A DNA stretch of 64,000 nt from a virus (IMGVR_UViG_3300033072_000529), one strand, 5' to 3'. Shown: positions 18,680 through 28,938, counted from the first letter of the stretch. Numbers and translations are program-made. Notes: generated from the letters alone by a model not told the origin.

Positions 18680-19264
18680 TTATACTACTTCCGCATCCAT
18701 CAACGTTTGTAGTTGGGCAGCTTGTTCTGCTGCTGGAGCATTTAATAATTTCAATACCTCAGTTGGATCAGCACGGAATATAAAGTTATTGGTCTGTTGT
18801 AGATTGGGTTTACCATCTCCGATAACTTTTGGATTATTACGTATCTTCATATCTGCGATCTTCTCTTTACTTTTAATTTGCATTTCCGTTATCTTCATTT
18901 TTTGATCTAGTTGTTTTTTACTATGCATGATTGATGTCATAGCTTTGATCAATTCTACATTGGATTTAGTTACACTGGCATATGATTCAATATGATCTGC
19001 ATCCCCTGAACTAGTGGCTGTATTTGCAGCAGACTCCAGTAATTCTCTATTCAAGTCCAGATTGTGTTTAATAGCCTTGAGTGCTTCATCCAACATTTTT
19101 TCTTCGTCTTTCAATACCGACATAACAGTGGGAGTTTCCCAATCATCTGGTGGACCATCTGAGTCAGGTACTATCTCTCCTTTATATAGATTAGGATCGG
19201 ATAGCGATCTGATCACATTATCGAAGTCGCTATCCTCTTCAGAGGATATTATGGTTTTTGACAT
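18680..19264 (-). CDS. 16: Terminase small subunit, T4 gp16-like
   Basis: Helical core followed by TNNFIFRADPTEVLKLL, resembling the gp16 C-terminal TNN..F.G.T.EL.KLL motif; late promoter. Confidence 0.65.
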   Translation of the reverse strand: MSKTIISSEEDSDFDNVIRSLSDPNLYKGEIVPDSDGPPDDWETPTVMSVLKDEEKMLDEALKAIKHNLDLNRELLESAANTATSSGDADHIESYASVTKSNVELIKAMTSIMHSKKQLDQKMKITEMQIKSKEKIADMKIRNNPKVIGDGKPNLQQTNNFIFRADPTEVLKLLNAPAAEQAAQLQTLMDAEVV

Positions 19265-19294
19265 ATATTCATATTTATGGATAAATAGTGTATT

Positions 19295-19591
19295 ATGACC
19301 AAATTTATTATTGTTTCATTGGTTTTGAGTATGATGACTAGTTGTGTGTCATATACCCCCTCGGTGCCTGCTGCTCCCTCTCCTGCACCCATAGTTTCCA
19401 CTCAACCCGCAGTTATAAATGATTTTCCAATATACCCCAATCTTATAAAATATTCAGAAACACGTCCCCCTATAGTAGGTAAAATCGATAATGATTATCG
19501 AGTAACTGACGAATTTGTAAATAACTCAGTGCTACTCAAAAAGTATGCTGATCGCATAAATGCATGGAAGACTGAGCATAAAATTAAATAA
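19295..19591 (+). CDS. Lipoprotein, candidate o-spanin (Rz1-like)
   Basis: Signal peptide with lipobox MTS-C followed by a Pro-rich segment; TAAATA 6 nt upstream. Confidence 0.6.
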   Translation: MTKFIIVSLVLSMMTSCVSYTPSVPAAPSPAPIVSTQPAVINDFPIYPNLIKYSETRPPIVGKIDNDYRVTDEFVNNSVLLKKYADRINAWKTEHKIK

Positions 19592-19592
19592 T

Positions 19593-19838
19593 ATGGAACT
19601 AGAAGACAAATACCAATTTATATTGGAAAACCGAAACAAAACCCCCGAGCAAATTGAGTTAGCACAAAGACTCGCCAAAACTCAAGGATATCTACGAGGG
19701 ACATACTTACAAGTATATGCATTAGCGGGATATCTACAACAACAGAATAATCCGTTAGCTGAGAAATGTGAAGAATGGTCCCAACAACTAAGGGATATAT
19801 CTGACGCATTCGATAGTCATACGCAATACTTCAAGTAA
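19593..19838 (+). CDS. Hypothetical protein (start MELEDKYQFILE)
   Basis: ATG 1 nt after the previous stop; followed by a terminator. Confidence 0.55.
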   Translation: MELEDKYQFILENRNKTPEQIELAQRLAKTQGYLRGTYLQVYALAGYLQQQNNPLAEKCEEWSQQLRDISDAFDSHTQYFK

Positions 19839-19850
19839 TAATTATAAAAG

Positions 19851-19886
19851 AAAAACCCCGACTGATTTTTCAGTCGGGGTTTTTTT
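19851..19886. terminator. Bidirectional Rho-independent terminator
   Basis: AAAAACCCCGACTGA-TTTT-TCAGTCGGGGTTTTTTT between convergent genes. Confidence 0.85.
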
Positions 19887-19898
19887 ATTGGTTTGATA

Positions 19899-22800
19899 TT
19901 AGAAGGAGGTCTTGATACCCACTTGTTCTCTATCAACGATGATATCTACGTTTATGAACTTGGTAGTACGGGTGAAGCGAACAACCACGGCACAATTAAG
20001 AACACCTTGAGCAATGCTTTCCGCAGAGTTATTGTTCTCGTTACAGATGATGTCGTAACTTTCTAAGCCGCCATTATCTTGCATATACTTCGCCAACACA
20101 CGCAAATCACTGGTCACACGGGTACGAGTAACAATGTTGTTAGGTTGTCCAATGTATGATCTTAGTGTAGCCTGGATTGACTTAGCCAACCATATTGCAC
20201 CACGTACAATATAATCTTCTTTCAATGCAGATTCCTCACGTTGAAGTGTTAAAGTGTTCCAACGTGCATAACCACCTAGATCAGTCTTGATAACTGGGTT
20301 TATATTGATACGAGATAGTAAGTCACGTTCGCGTTGGTTTGGATTGATAGCGATATCTATAACATTGTTATAGGCACCATTTTCATAACCTAATGCCGCA
20401 GTCCACGGATATTTCTTGAAATCATTACGAGCATATAATGCTGCCAAGTGAGCAGATGGGCCAACCCATAGGAATTGGTCAGAATCAGAATCATATACTT
20501 TCACCCATAGACCATCAGTAACAGTGAACGGAGATGCCGCACCGCTAAAGTTGTTCTTCAAGTATGCCCATATATTTCTGCTAAAGGTCGAATACTTATC
20601 AGTAGGTTGTCCAGTAGCAGGATCAAGAGTCAATTTCTTCTGACGGTTGACTACTTTATAATCTTTACCGTTCACGAATATTTGACGAATTGGGTCTTGT
20701 ATATGGAAGTGTTCTGTTCCCCCTGCATCCTTGCGAGTATAGCGACCGAAGTTGCTGAATATATTATAGATTGTTTGCCAACCGTTTAATATATTGCTTG
20801 TCATGGTAGTACCATCGAAAGGACTCAAGGAAGAGGTATCCACATAATATGAATCATCGTAGTTATAGCAGACAGATGGATCAGTGATACAGTGGTCAGC
20901 TTGTACAGCATAACGGGTAGCCCATATAGTTGATAGACCTGCGTCGATTGTTATATCGATAGGGAAATCGGATGGGTTTTCCATCAGCATAAGCGCACGT
21001 TCCAATTTAGCAGGAAGATTACCTATATCTTTCTTCTGACATAGTTCGTATACTGCATCACGGCAGAAACCACTGTAGGAACCTAGACCATATAGTTTAT
21101 CACCATAGGCCGCCAGAGCTTTTTCTGCTTGGAAATTACCAAACACTTCCGCAGTTTTTTCGCGATACATACGAACCGTTTTTTGTGGCAAACCAGATGC
21201 ATCATTCCAGCAGTTATTAGTTGCTAGGTATGGGTTGACTTTCACCTTCAAGAAATTAGAACCGTTATTAACAGTTGGCTCCAAGAAGAATGATCGGTCA
21301 GGACCACCATATTGGTCATGCACTTTACGATTAGCATTCAATGAACCTACGAATGTTTCCACTCTGCGAGACTCTAATTTATTAATCGTGTCAGTTAATT
21401 GTGTAGGACGTAGACGGAATAGGTTTACAACCAAGGAATCTTTATATTTTGCTTCACCGAAATCGGTTCCAGCAGAATCTTCGATTATTTGGGAGATTGA
21501 TCCGCCATTGGTCGCACTGAAAGTAGAAGATATATCAAAGTTCCAACGGTCAGCAGGAACATCGATCCAGTTACCCGATACACCAGGGCATACTTCTTGA
21601 TAATAACCAGCAACACCAGTCAATGCATCAAAATCAGTAGCAGGGTTCACGTTAAGGTTATCATTTACGGCTAGGTAATAACCGCTGAAATCTTCTAACT
21701 GAGCTGATTTTGCTTCATTTATAACTATGATACCTGCGCGAACATCATTACCTACCACATCCAATGCAGGCTCCACGTTTTCAAATGTACCACACTTCCA
21801 GGTAAATTGATCATTCAAGAATAGGTCATATTCGCTGGCATTCAATTGCTTGGATATTGGTTGACCCAATACATAGAAGTTAGCATCATTTAAGGTAGCA
21901 TCACCCGTTAATGGATAGAAATTATATTTGTCTTTCTCTGGAACTTGAAGACCTAATGATGTAATAGTTTGGCAAGATAGACCTGCTTCTACTGGAACAG
22001 TGCAGAATTGTATTAACAAATCTTGCGTGCTGGCATCAATTGCCGAATTCACCACGGAGAATGTACGACCGGCTGATAGTTGTGACAGAGTAGTTAGATC
22101 AGTTTTATATGAATTTGCTACACCTGGATTGGCGTTGAAATACTTCAACACTGGTCCTCCTGCTAAGGAATATGTACCAAATATATCGCCTGCTGATAAT
22201 TGTATACCACTGATGGTTTGCCCTGATAGCAAACCTGCTGTCACGGTATATGGTCGAGCATATACGGTGTTAGTTAGGTCCACGATCAAACGCTTAGCAT
22301 CATTCGATAGATTTGCGGCATTTTCATCTTTCGTCACAAAGATAGATGATAGATTTATAGATGTTACGATTGAATATGATGTGCTATATGTTGATGATGT
22401 TGGGCGAAGTTGAAAAATTCTCAAATCTTCTGCATCCGCATCTGCATCCACAACAAACTTAAATCCAGTCAAGATGGAATCATATTGAGTAGGAGTATCA
22501 TGTAGGTATAGATAACCTGGGTCTTCATCTAAAGATGCTAGAGGGCAATTTAGGTTAGCTGAACCTAAACATATGGATGAATTGACGAAGTGGGCAGTGT
22601 ACAACCACGGGAAATTAACACGGCAATTCGCTTCATCCACATTGCGATAATAATCGCACGGATTGATTTCCACGGCACTAACACCTATAACTGGAAACAC
22701 TAGGGCATTGACATGATCAGAATAACCTAATCCTAATCCGCTACCAGGAGCAAGGCGAGTGAATACTACATTGGCAGGGGAATCCTCTGTCAATTCTTTT

Positions 22801-23024
22801 ACAGCTTGTGCTGCATATCGTTCTGCTGCGGTTTCTGGTATACCAAATATTTCACGCCATTCGGCATATGAACTGACACTGGTTGGTTCCTCAACTGGTC
22901 CTTGGGGTGCATAACCAAATACTGGAATGCTAGTGCCAGTATTAGTTGTAACGCCTCTAGAGCGGTCTTGAATATCCACGTTCACATATGGTGATTCTCT
23001 TTTTCTAAAATTTTGTGTGGGCAT
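19899..23024 (-). CDS. 18: Tail sheath protein, T4 gp18-like, enlarged (1041 aa)
   Basis: ESPYVNVDIQDRS, GYAPQGPVEEP...EIFGIP, YPWTAALGYENG, NPNQRERDLL..ININPV, IGQPNNIVTR, TKFINVDI. Confidence 0.92.
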   Translation of the reverse strand: MPTQNFRKRESPYVNVDIQDRSRGVTTNTGTSIPVFGYAPQGPVEEPTSVSSYAEWREIFGIPETAAERYAAQAVKELTEDSPANVVFTRLAPGSGLGLGYSDHVNALVFPVIGVSAVEINPCDYYRNVDEANCRVNFPWLYTAHFVNSSICLGSANLNCPLASLDEDPGYLYLHDTPTQYDSILTGFKFVVDADADAEDLRIFQLRPTSSTYSTSYSIVTSINLSSIFVTKDENAANLSNDAKRLIVDLTNTVYARPYTVTAGLLSGQTISGIQLSAGDIFGTYSLAGGPVLKYFNANPGVANSYKTDLTTLSQLSAGRTFSVVNSAIDASTQDLLIQFCTVPVEAGLSCQTITSLGLQVPEKDKYNFYPLTGDATLNDANFYVLGQPISKQLNASEYDLFLNDQFTWKCGTFENVEPALDVVGNDVRAGIIVINEAKSAQLEDFSGYYLAVNDNLNVNPATDFDALTGVAGYYQEVCPGVSGNWIDVPADRWNFDISSTFSATNGGSISQIIEDSAGTDFGEAKYKDSLVVNLFRLRPTQLTDTINKLESRRVETFVGSLNANRKVHDQYGGPDRSFFLEPTVNNGSNFLKVKVNPYLATNNCWNDASGLPQKTVRMYREKTAEVFGNFQAEKALAAYGDKLYGLGSYSGFCRDAVYELCQKKDIGNLPAKLERALMLMENPSDFPIDITIDAGLSTIWATRYAVQADHCITDPSVCYNYDDSYYVDTSSLSPFDGTTMTSNILNGWQTIYNIFSNFGRYTRKDAGGTEHFHIQDPIRQIFVNGKDYKVVNRQKKLTLDPATGQPTDKYSTFSRNIWAYLKNNFSGAASPFTVTDGLWVKVYDSDSDQFLWVGPSAHLAALYARNDFKKYPWTAALGYENGAYNNVIDIAINPNQRERDLLSRININPVIKTDLGGYARWNTLTLQREESALKEDYIVRGAIWLAKSIQATLRSYIGQPNNIVTRTRVTSDLRVLAKYMQDNGGLESYDIICNENNNSAESIAQGVLNCAVVVRFTRTTKFINVDIIVDREQVGIKTSF

Positions 23025-23090
23025 ATAGATTATATTTATCTAAATACCGGAAATATCACTTATGGGGTAAATACAAGGCGGGAGTCTGAT

Positions 23091-23729
23091 CTAACGTATA
23101 CGTTTCATCAATAATTTAGAAAACGCAAATGTGAAAGTCGAATGCAACTCATCAATTTCTTTGTAATTAAAATTGACTGCCCCTAAATTAGTGGGATATG
23201 CGTTCGTATATATAAACTCTGTAACAGCAGTATCGTACTCATCTAGAACTTGCAGGGTGAAATCCACCGAGTACTCTTCTAATCGGCCAATATTATTACC
23301 CGATTTACTAGAATCATATATAGATGTAGCTGGATCGTTCAACAATGCCAACCATTGCCAAATAACATAATAGTTTGAGAAATTATTATCTATAGTGAAA
23401 TTAACTTGTATTGGTGGATATGCAGGGCGAGTATATGATGTGAATTTCATAGTTTGTCCTGCTCTAGTTATATCAATAGCAGGTACAGATATTTCCGGCA
23501 ACACGTTACCCCATATTCTATATTGCAATCTATCCATATTACCCCCAAAACACTCTACATCCTCTTGTATATAATATTTGCGGAGTGTTTTAGGTATAGA
23601 TATAATCAAACGGAATTTATCTTTCCTAGCAGCATTTAAATTCGATTGTCTGTCAGTGTAATAGCCATTGACTATATCCTTGACATTTGTATCGCATACA
23701 ATCTGCGGTTCCGGTGGACGTTGACTCAT
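23091..23729 (-). CDS. Tail tube terminator / completion protein, T4 gp3-like
   Basis: VLPEISV...VNFTIDNNFSNYYVIWQWL...DFTLQVLDEY...FIYTNAYPTNLGAVNF tube-fold pattern. Confidence 0.7.
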   Translation of the reverse strand: MSQRPPEPQIVCDTNVKDIVNGYYTDRQSNLNAARKDKFRLIISIPKTLRKYYIQEDVECFGGNMDRLQYRIWGNVLPEISVPAIDITRAGQTMKFTSYTRPAYPPIQVNFTIDNNFSNYYVIWQWLALLNDPATSIYDSSKSGNNIGRLEEYSVDFTLQVLDEYDTAVTEFIYTNAYPTNLGAVNFNYKEIDELHSTFTFAFSKLLMKRIR

Positions 23730-23741
23730 ATAAACTACTTA

Positions 23742-26480
23742 TTATACCAGTCTCCATCCATTAGCGAGCATAATGCTTGTATCATCCGCAGGAGTATTAT
23801 ATAGCCCATATTTTGATTCAAGTCGATCCACATACATAGGTAAAGGGTCCACATATCTATTACCATTATTGGCTACTTTCGGGTTTCCTTCTCGAAATGA
23901 TTGTATTGCTAAATCATAGTTAGGATCACGGATTCTCGCAGGATTTCCTGCATCATCATATTCAATAACATCTAGATATTTCTCTGCTAGACGTTTATCC
24001 AACAGTATCAATGCCCATAATAATGCCATATAATGGTCATCAGTGTGTCCTTCCATAGCACCCCATTTTCTAGTATTTCCATCTTTGCGAACAAACGTTT
24101 CAAATTCTCGCACCGTTTTGATATCATATACCGTTAATGCCTCTAGATTCTCCACCCAATAACGCAAATTGGTGATACCCATAGTTTTAGAATTAGTGTG
24201 ACAGAATATACCTGGTTTTTGATAATATCCGCGTTTATCATTGTCCATATTATAGGTGACGATATTGTCGATACCGTGTACGTTCATCAGATTGTCCAGT
24301 ACGATACCACCTTCTTTATTTGACTCCACACATATATAAGGGCGTCCCCATGCAGGAACAATGTTGGCGATTCGTTCTGCAAATATATTAGGTAATATGG
24401 TATTAGTGTAATATTTGGCCACCTGTCTAATATCAGCCAAATCCGTAATATCTAATATTTGACAAACAGAATAATCCTTCCCTACCCCTTCTGCTGTGTC
24501 AATGCCAAACACATATATATGTCCTTCTTCCGGCATTTCCCATATTTCATATTCTCCATCGTTAAACACGTATTTCGGCGGTATACACTGCTGTTTCATA
24601 CGTTCGATCAATCCTGCATTTATGGACCCTGATCCAGATTCTAAGAATTGTAGCTCGAATTCTTGATTCCACATGTTCATATCATAATTGATAGTGCGCA
24701 ACTGTTCCAATTTCCAATTATCATCTCTACCTGGAATTTGTGACCAATGGATTTTACAACTAACCCATCCATCTGTATCTTTTCCGCTTTCAGCTTGAGA
24801 ATATATTTCGTAAAATTTATTTCCTCTACCGTTAGGTGTCTGGTGTCCAACAACACCATTATATATCACTGAATGGCTCCAATCCCATGGATCAGGTTCA
24901 GACGTATTGTTCAGTGATACATCATATACCGGTAAGTCGCCTAACGCAATTTTATGTGTTATGGTATCCCATTTTATATTATCTTCTCCTACATCCACCG
25001 CACGATCAATATCATATCTATGAGAGAATATAGTAGTGTAAAGATTTTCCGACTGTAGTGTGTAAATGGTATCATTTAAGGTAAAATCCTTCGTTAAGGT
25101 GGTTAGCACACCAAAATTCAATAGAAGTAGCCGTACCTGTTCAATCAATTTATATGATGCGGTGCGTAGCTGTATACTATCATTTGTATCTAAGGGTATA
25201 TATCCCGAAATAGCATATATACCTTTCAACATTGCTAATATATTAGGTTTGCTCATGGATAGCAATCTAGTCGGTATACTGTATGTCAGGGTTCGGGATA
25301 GTCTTCCATTGTCTACGGTTATTTCCGATGGGTCAAATCCAATATATCTAAGGAAATTTAATGTATTTTCGGAGGATGAGTGTTCCGGGTTTACGGTATA
25401 CCATCTAGCTCTAGCTATATATAACCCCAGGATATAACATATACTAGGTGTTAAGGTAGAGGTTTTGAATGTATCATTTGGATCGACATCTAATGGTATG
25501 AAATCGGATACATCATCGTTAGAACCCCATTGATTCATTCCATATCGAATAGCTATTCTGTCCCCCACCTCTAATTGTCCGCTTTCCCACCAATCATATT
25601 TCCCGTTTTTATATGCGAATAACTTATGATTCGTGGAACATTTAAGTATACTGTTGCTAGTGACAAATTCATTTACTGGAGCTAGACCGTTATTAACTAC
25701 TATAGTGCCCTTATTTAATGTGTTTTTACCCTGTACAACGTATTCTGGTACTTCATATGCTCCTGTATTATTCTGATCAGGTATAAGATCGATTATTTGT
25801 TTTGGACCTTGATCTGTAAACAGCATTGTATCCCCTGTGACACAACTGACTAATATCAATTTAGATTTCTTCGATGAACTCAATGTAGGAATGATTGATT
25901 TAAAAAATGGATCAGCCACTTCTTTTCTGACGTGGGCGAACTCGTCAATGAACAACATGTTAATAGACTTACCACGAATAGCATCTGCGGATGTAGTGGA
26001 TACCAATATTCTAGACCCATTGGTTAATTTGACTTGCTCTTTTGTGAAATCCCATACACCGGATTTCAACCAATTAGGGATTTCCTCATATGCTAATTTT
26101 ATTCTCTCTAGGATTTCCTTGGCTTGATCTTCTTTGTTTGCAAGAATAGCAATAGTATAATCCGTTTTAAATAAAGCATACCATAGACATATAACCGTCA
26201 ACAGCGTAGTTTTGCCGACCTGCCGACTAGCGCATACTACTGTTCTTCGATTGTTTACAATTTTTAATATTGCTTCTTTTTGTGGGTCATATAATTGAAT
26301 ACGGTGTCTTGGTGGTTCCGCATCCATTTCAATAATAAAGAAATAGTTTTCTGCGAAATACAATACATCATTTTTACATTTTTTATATTCTTCTAATAAT
26401 GCAGGTGTCCATTCTACATCGACTTTGATAGGTAGATTTTCATTATTGTTAAGATATTTGTCACTTTTCCTCTTAGCCAT
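23742..26480 (-). CDS. 17: Terminase large subunit, T4 gp17-like, containing an intein
   Basis: YFAENY, ASRQVGKTT, IRGKSINMLFIDEFAHV, S|TPNG, NQEFELQF, GIDTAEGVGKDYS, HTDDHYMAL. Confidence 0.95.
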   Translation of the reverse strand: MAKRKSDKYLNNNENLPIKVDVEWTPALLEEYKKCKNDVLYFAENYFFIIEMDAEPPRHRIQLYDPQKEAILKIVNNRRTVVCASRQVGKTTLLTVICLWYALFKTDYTIAILANKEDQAKEILERIKLAYEEIPNWLKSGVWDFTKEQVKLTNGSRILVSTTSADAIRGKSINMLFIDEFAHVRKEVADPFFKSIIPTLSSSKKSKLILVSCVTGDTMLFTDQGPKQIIDLIPDQNNTGAYEVPEYVVQGKNTLNKGTIVVNNGLAPVNEFVTSNSILKCSTNHKLFAYKNGKYDWWESGQLEVGDRIAIRYGMNQWGSNDDVSDFIPLDVDPNDTFKTSTLTPSICYILGLYIARARWYTVNPEHSSSENTLNFLRYIGFDPSEITVDNGRLSRTLTYSIPTRLLSMSKPNILAMLKGIYAISGYIPLDTNDSIQLRTASYKLIEQVRLLLLNFGVLTTLTKDFTLNDTIYTLQSENLYTTIFSHRYDIDRAVDVGEDNIKWDTITHKIALGDLPVYDVSLNNTSEPDPWDWSHSVIYNGVVGHQTPNGRGNKFYEIYSQAESGKDTDGWVSCKIHWSQIPGRDDNWKLEQLRTINYDMNMWNQEFELQFLESGSGSINAGLIERMKQQCIPPKYVFNDGEYEIWEMPEEGHIYVFGIDTAEGVGKDYSVCQILDITDLADIRQVAKYYTNTILPNIFAERIANIVPAWGRPYICVESNKEGGIVLDNLMNVHGIDNIVTYNMDNDKRGYYQKPGIFCHTNSKTMGITNLRYWVENLEALTVYDIKTVREFETFVRKDGNTRKWGAMEGHTDDHYMALLWALILLDKRLAEKYLDVIEYDDAGNPARIRDPNYDLAIQSFREGNPKVANNGNRYVDPLPMYVDRLESKYGLYNTPADDTSIMLANGWRLV
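24840..25844 (-). mobile_element. Intein in terminase (335 aa, Cys1, C-terminal His-Gln, +1 Thr) with degenerate LAGLIDADG domain
   Basis: LILVS|CVTGDT...KCSTNHKL...VYDVSL...NGVVGHQ|TPNG; removal restores VSTPNG. Confidence 0.9.
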
Positions 26481-26525
26481 ATGCATTACTTAACAAAATA
26501 AATCAGAATTGTATAAATAAAGTAT

Positions 26526-27329
26526 ATGTTAAACATCGATAATCAACCGAATTTAGTTAGTGCATACGAATCAATCTACAATCAACAAGTCCCTGTATTA
26601 GAAAGTACAGACACTGATACCGATGATACCGATGCAAAAGTGCCAGCCTCTAAAAAGAAAGTAGCTGGCAAAGGTAAAAAGAGTGCTGCTGCTACCAATT
26701 ATGGTGCAGAATCCGTGGATTATGGTTCATATATGTCTACTCTTCTTAAGCAAATAGGTGTTCACGAAGAATTTGATCTGGATGGTTCTGGTGATACTGG
26801 GGAAACTTTTGACTTTGAAGGTGGTGAAGAAGGCGAAGAAGATGAAGGTGAAGAAGATGAGCAAATTTCAGTATCAAAATCTCAGTTACAAGAAATCATC
26901 GACCTTCTACAAGGTTTGATTGGTGGAATGGATGATGGTTTGGTTGCTACCGCAGGTTCTGATAATGTGTTTGACGACGGTGCAGGGTTAGACGATGACG
27001 ATTCTATCCCATCTGAAGGTTACGCATTCAGTGGTGGTGGTAGCGAACATGGCGACCAAGGTACTTATGACGGCAAGGCTAAAACCCAATCCGCAAGCAC
27101 TCACGTTAAATCTAACGGGGATGCAAAAGTAGGCCAAACCCAAAAGACTGGTTATAAACCAGGTCAGAATGGTGCGGGCGCTGCAAAAGAACATGGTGCA
27201 AAGGGTGATTATTCCGGCAAGGCTAAAACCCAATCCGCAAGCACTCACGTCAAACCTAATGGTGATGCAAAAGTAGGCCAAACCCAAACAACTGGTTATG
27301 GTAAAAAAATCAAAGAAGATTTACTATAA
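26526..27329 (+). CDS. Acidic/Gly-rich late protein with a 48-aa tandem repeat; candidate internal head or prohead core protein
   Basis: TATAAATA 6 nt upstream; LVSAYESIY..VLES N-terminus; followed by a terminator. Confidence 0.65.
   Translation: MLNIDNQPNLVSAYESIYNQQVPVLESTDTDTDDTDAKVPASKKKVAGKGKKSAAATNYGAESVDYGSYMSTLLKQIGVHEEFDLDGSGDTGETFDFEGGEEGEEDEGEEDEQISVSKSQLQEIIDLLQGLIGGMDDGLVATAGSDNVFDDGAGLDDDDSIPSEGYAFSGGGSEHGDQGTYDGKAKTQSASTHVKSNGDAKVGQTQKTGYKPGQNGAGAAKEHGAKGDYSGKAKTQSASTHVKPNGDAKVGQTQTTGYGKKIKEDLL
27071..27299 (+). repeat. Two 85-bp direct repeats (27071-27155 and 27215-27299), 144-bp period, 6 mismatches
   Basis: Encode GKAKTQSASTHVKxNGDAKVGQTQxTGY twice. Confidence 0.9.
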
Positions 27330-27348
27330 TAACACGATAACATAATTT

Positions 27349-27380
27349 AAAGGCGATAGGTTTAAACCTATCGCCTTTTT
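27349..27380 (+). terminator. Rho-independent terminator (perfect 30-bp palindrome)
   Basis: AAAGGCGATAGGTTTAAACCTATCGCCTTT plus T tract. Confidence 0.85.
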
Positions 27381-27403
27381 GTTTTATAGTTATAAATATT
27401 GAT

Positions 27404-28357
27404 ATGCCAGGACCGTATTACATTAGCGATTTGATTCCCTCCACGGAGTGCGTAGGAAACTCATTAACCGCAATAAATATCAGCTTATCATCTCTAGATG
27501 TAAATTTGCAACAGTTATCAGCATATTCAGCACAATTGATAGCAGACACTCCAGTAGTCAATGTACTACGTTCCGCACCCAATGTATGTTTCACTAAAGT
27601 TGGAAAGCCTACCACATATGACACCCACTTGTTTGGTGGTATAGGACCAGGACAGTACGATAATATAACAACAATAAACAGCACCTTATCCACCTGGAGT
27701 TCTTGTTTACAGAAACTACCATATATAACAACTGCTCTTAGTGGTTCTCATATACGATTTCCTGCTTTATCATCATCCACCGATTATGACGATCAATTAA
27801 AACTAGCCGTATTCGATAGTTATAATACACTTCATATGAGTTCTGCCGTCAACTTGTTCAAAAATAAGTTGACCATCAAAGATATAACTGGTAGTACCAT
27901 CGTGGCAGGTGCCAGTGCCTTAAAGTTTACTTCGACTGTAACATCCGATGGCCAAGAGGCTATCATAGGTTCTAGCAATCTGACCCTGGAATCATCTCTT
28001 ATATCTTTATATAACTCATCTACTAACACTAGTGATAGCACCAGTATTGATCTAACCTTAGTATCCGGCTACAATGATGCGTATACAATGGTATATCTAT
28101 ATTATGATACGTCTTTATCGTCATCTGATACTGGGATGTCCGGTATATTGAACATGACCGTTAATGGATTCCCCACAGGATCAGTTGCTACACAAGCAGG
28201 TAATAAAGATCGAGACACTGGCTATGTGTTCATAAAGATTCCAATATCTAAGCAATTAGCAGTGGTTAAATCTGCCAGTTATTCATCTACAAGCAGATTC
28301 ACTATAACACCCCCTACTTTCAGTGCTAGGCTTTACCTATATGGTTGGTCAACTTAA
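27404..28357 (+). CDS. Putative virion/tail-associated protein
   Basis: S/T-rich; ECVGNSLTAINISLSSLD N-terminal fibre-type anchor; TATAAATA 5 nt upstream. Confidence 0.6.
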   Translation: MPGPYYISDLIPSTECVGNSLTAINISLSSLDVNLQQLSAYSAQLIADTPVVNVLRSAPNVCFTKVGKPTTYDTHLFGGIGPGQYDNITTINSTLSTWSSCLQKLPYITTALSGSHIRFPALSSSTDYDDQLKLAVFDSYNTLHMSSAVNLFKNKLTIKDITGSTIVAGASALKFTSTVTSDGQEAIIGSSNLTLESSLISLYNSSTNTSDSTSIDLTLVSGYNDAYTMVYLYYDTSLSSSDTGMSGILNMTVNGFPTGSVATQAGNKDRDTGYVFIKIPISKQLAVVKSASYSSTSRFTITPPTFSARLYLYGWST

Positions 28358-28571
28358 CCTCTGGTAATACCGCTAATTTTCTAGCACATCTTTTACAGAA
28401 ATTCCAACGTTTTTCTGTTATATAAAAAGTTGTTCGGAATTTACCTCGGCAGGAAGAGCAGGATTCCTTTGGTTTATCTTTTAAAACCAATTGGAAAGCA
28501 TCCAACTGTGCAACTTCTGCATCTGACACTTCATATAATTCTCCTGAGAAAAGTGAAAAAACCCATTTCAT
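28326..28571 (-). CDS. Small zinc-finger-like hypothetical protein
   Basis: CSSC and CKRC pairs. Confidence 0.55.
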   Translation of the reverse strand: MKWVFSLFSGELYEVSDAEVAQLDAFQLVLKDKPKESCSSCRGKFRTTFYITEKRWNFCKRCARKLAVLPEVKLTNHIGKA

Positions 28572-28572
28572 A

Positions 28573-28938
28573 TTAATTAAATTGTATTTCTAATATCTTA
28601 TTATAGAATTTATTATTATCTATATTATCTTGTTGCTGTGCGAATTGTTCCATACCAGATGTTATGGACTGTTTTTTAGTCAAGGCTTTTAATCTATAAT
28701 CAAAATATATCAGTCCTTCATCGGGATAACTCTCATAGTTGAACGGGTATGGTATTTTCACCGATTCCAATCGTTTTTCTGTTTGAATCTGAAATTCAAT
28801 ATAGAAATTATTAGATAGTACAGATGATTGAAATAGAACGAATTTACCTGATTTATACTCTTCATCTCCGATTGTTAATACTATCTGTTTTTGAAAATGA
28901 GGACGCAGTAGATTTTCTACTATAGTTGATGCAGTCAT
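28573..28938 (-). CDS. Hypothetical protein
   Basis: 121-aa ORF with TAAGTA upstream. Confidence 0.6.
   Translation of the reverse strand: MTASTIVENLLRPHFQKQIVLTIGDEEYKSGKFVLFQSSVLSNNFYIEFQIQTEKRLESVKIPYPFNYESYPDEGLIYFDYRLKALTKKQSITSGMEQFAQQQDNIDNNKFYNKILEIQFN

Noticed and set aside
27071-27299. 85-bp repeat pair as a DGR template/variable repeat
   Set aside because: Mismatches are not adenine-specific, both copies are in frame in one gene, and there is no reverse transcriptase in the window.
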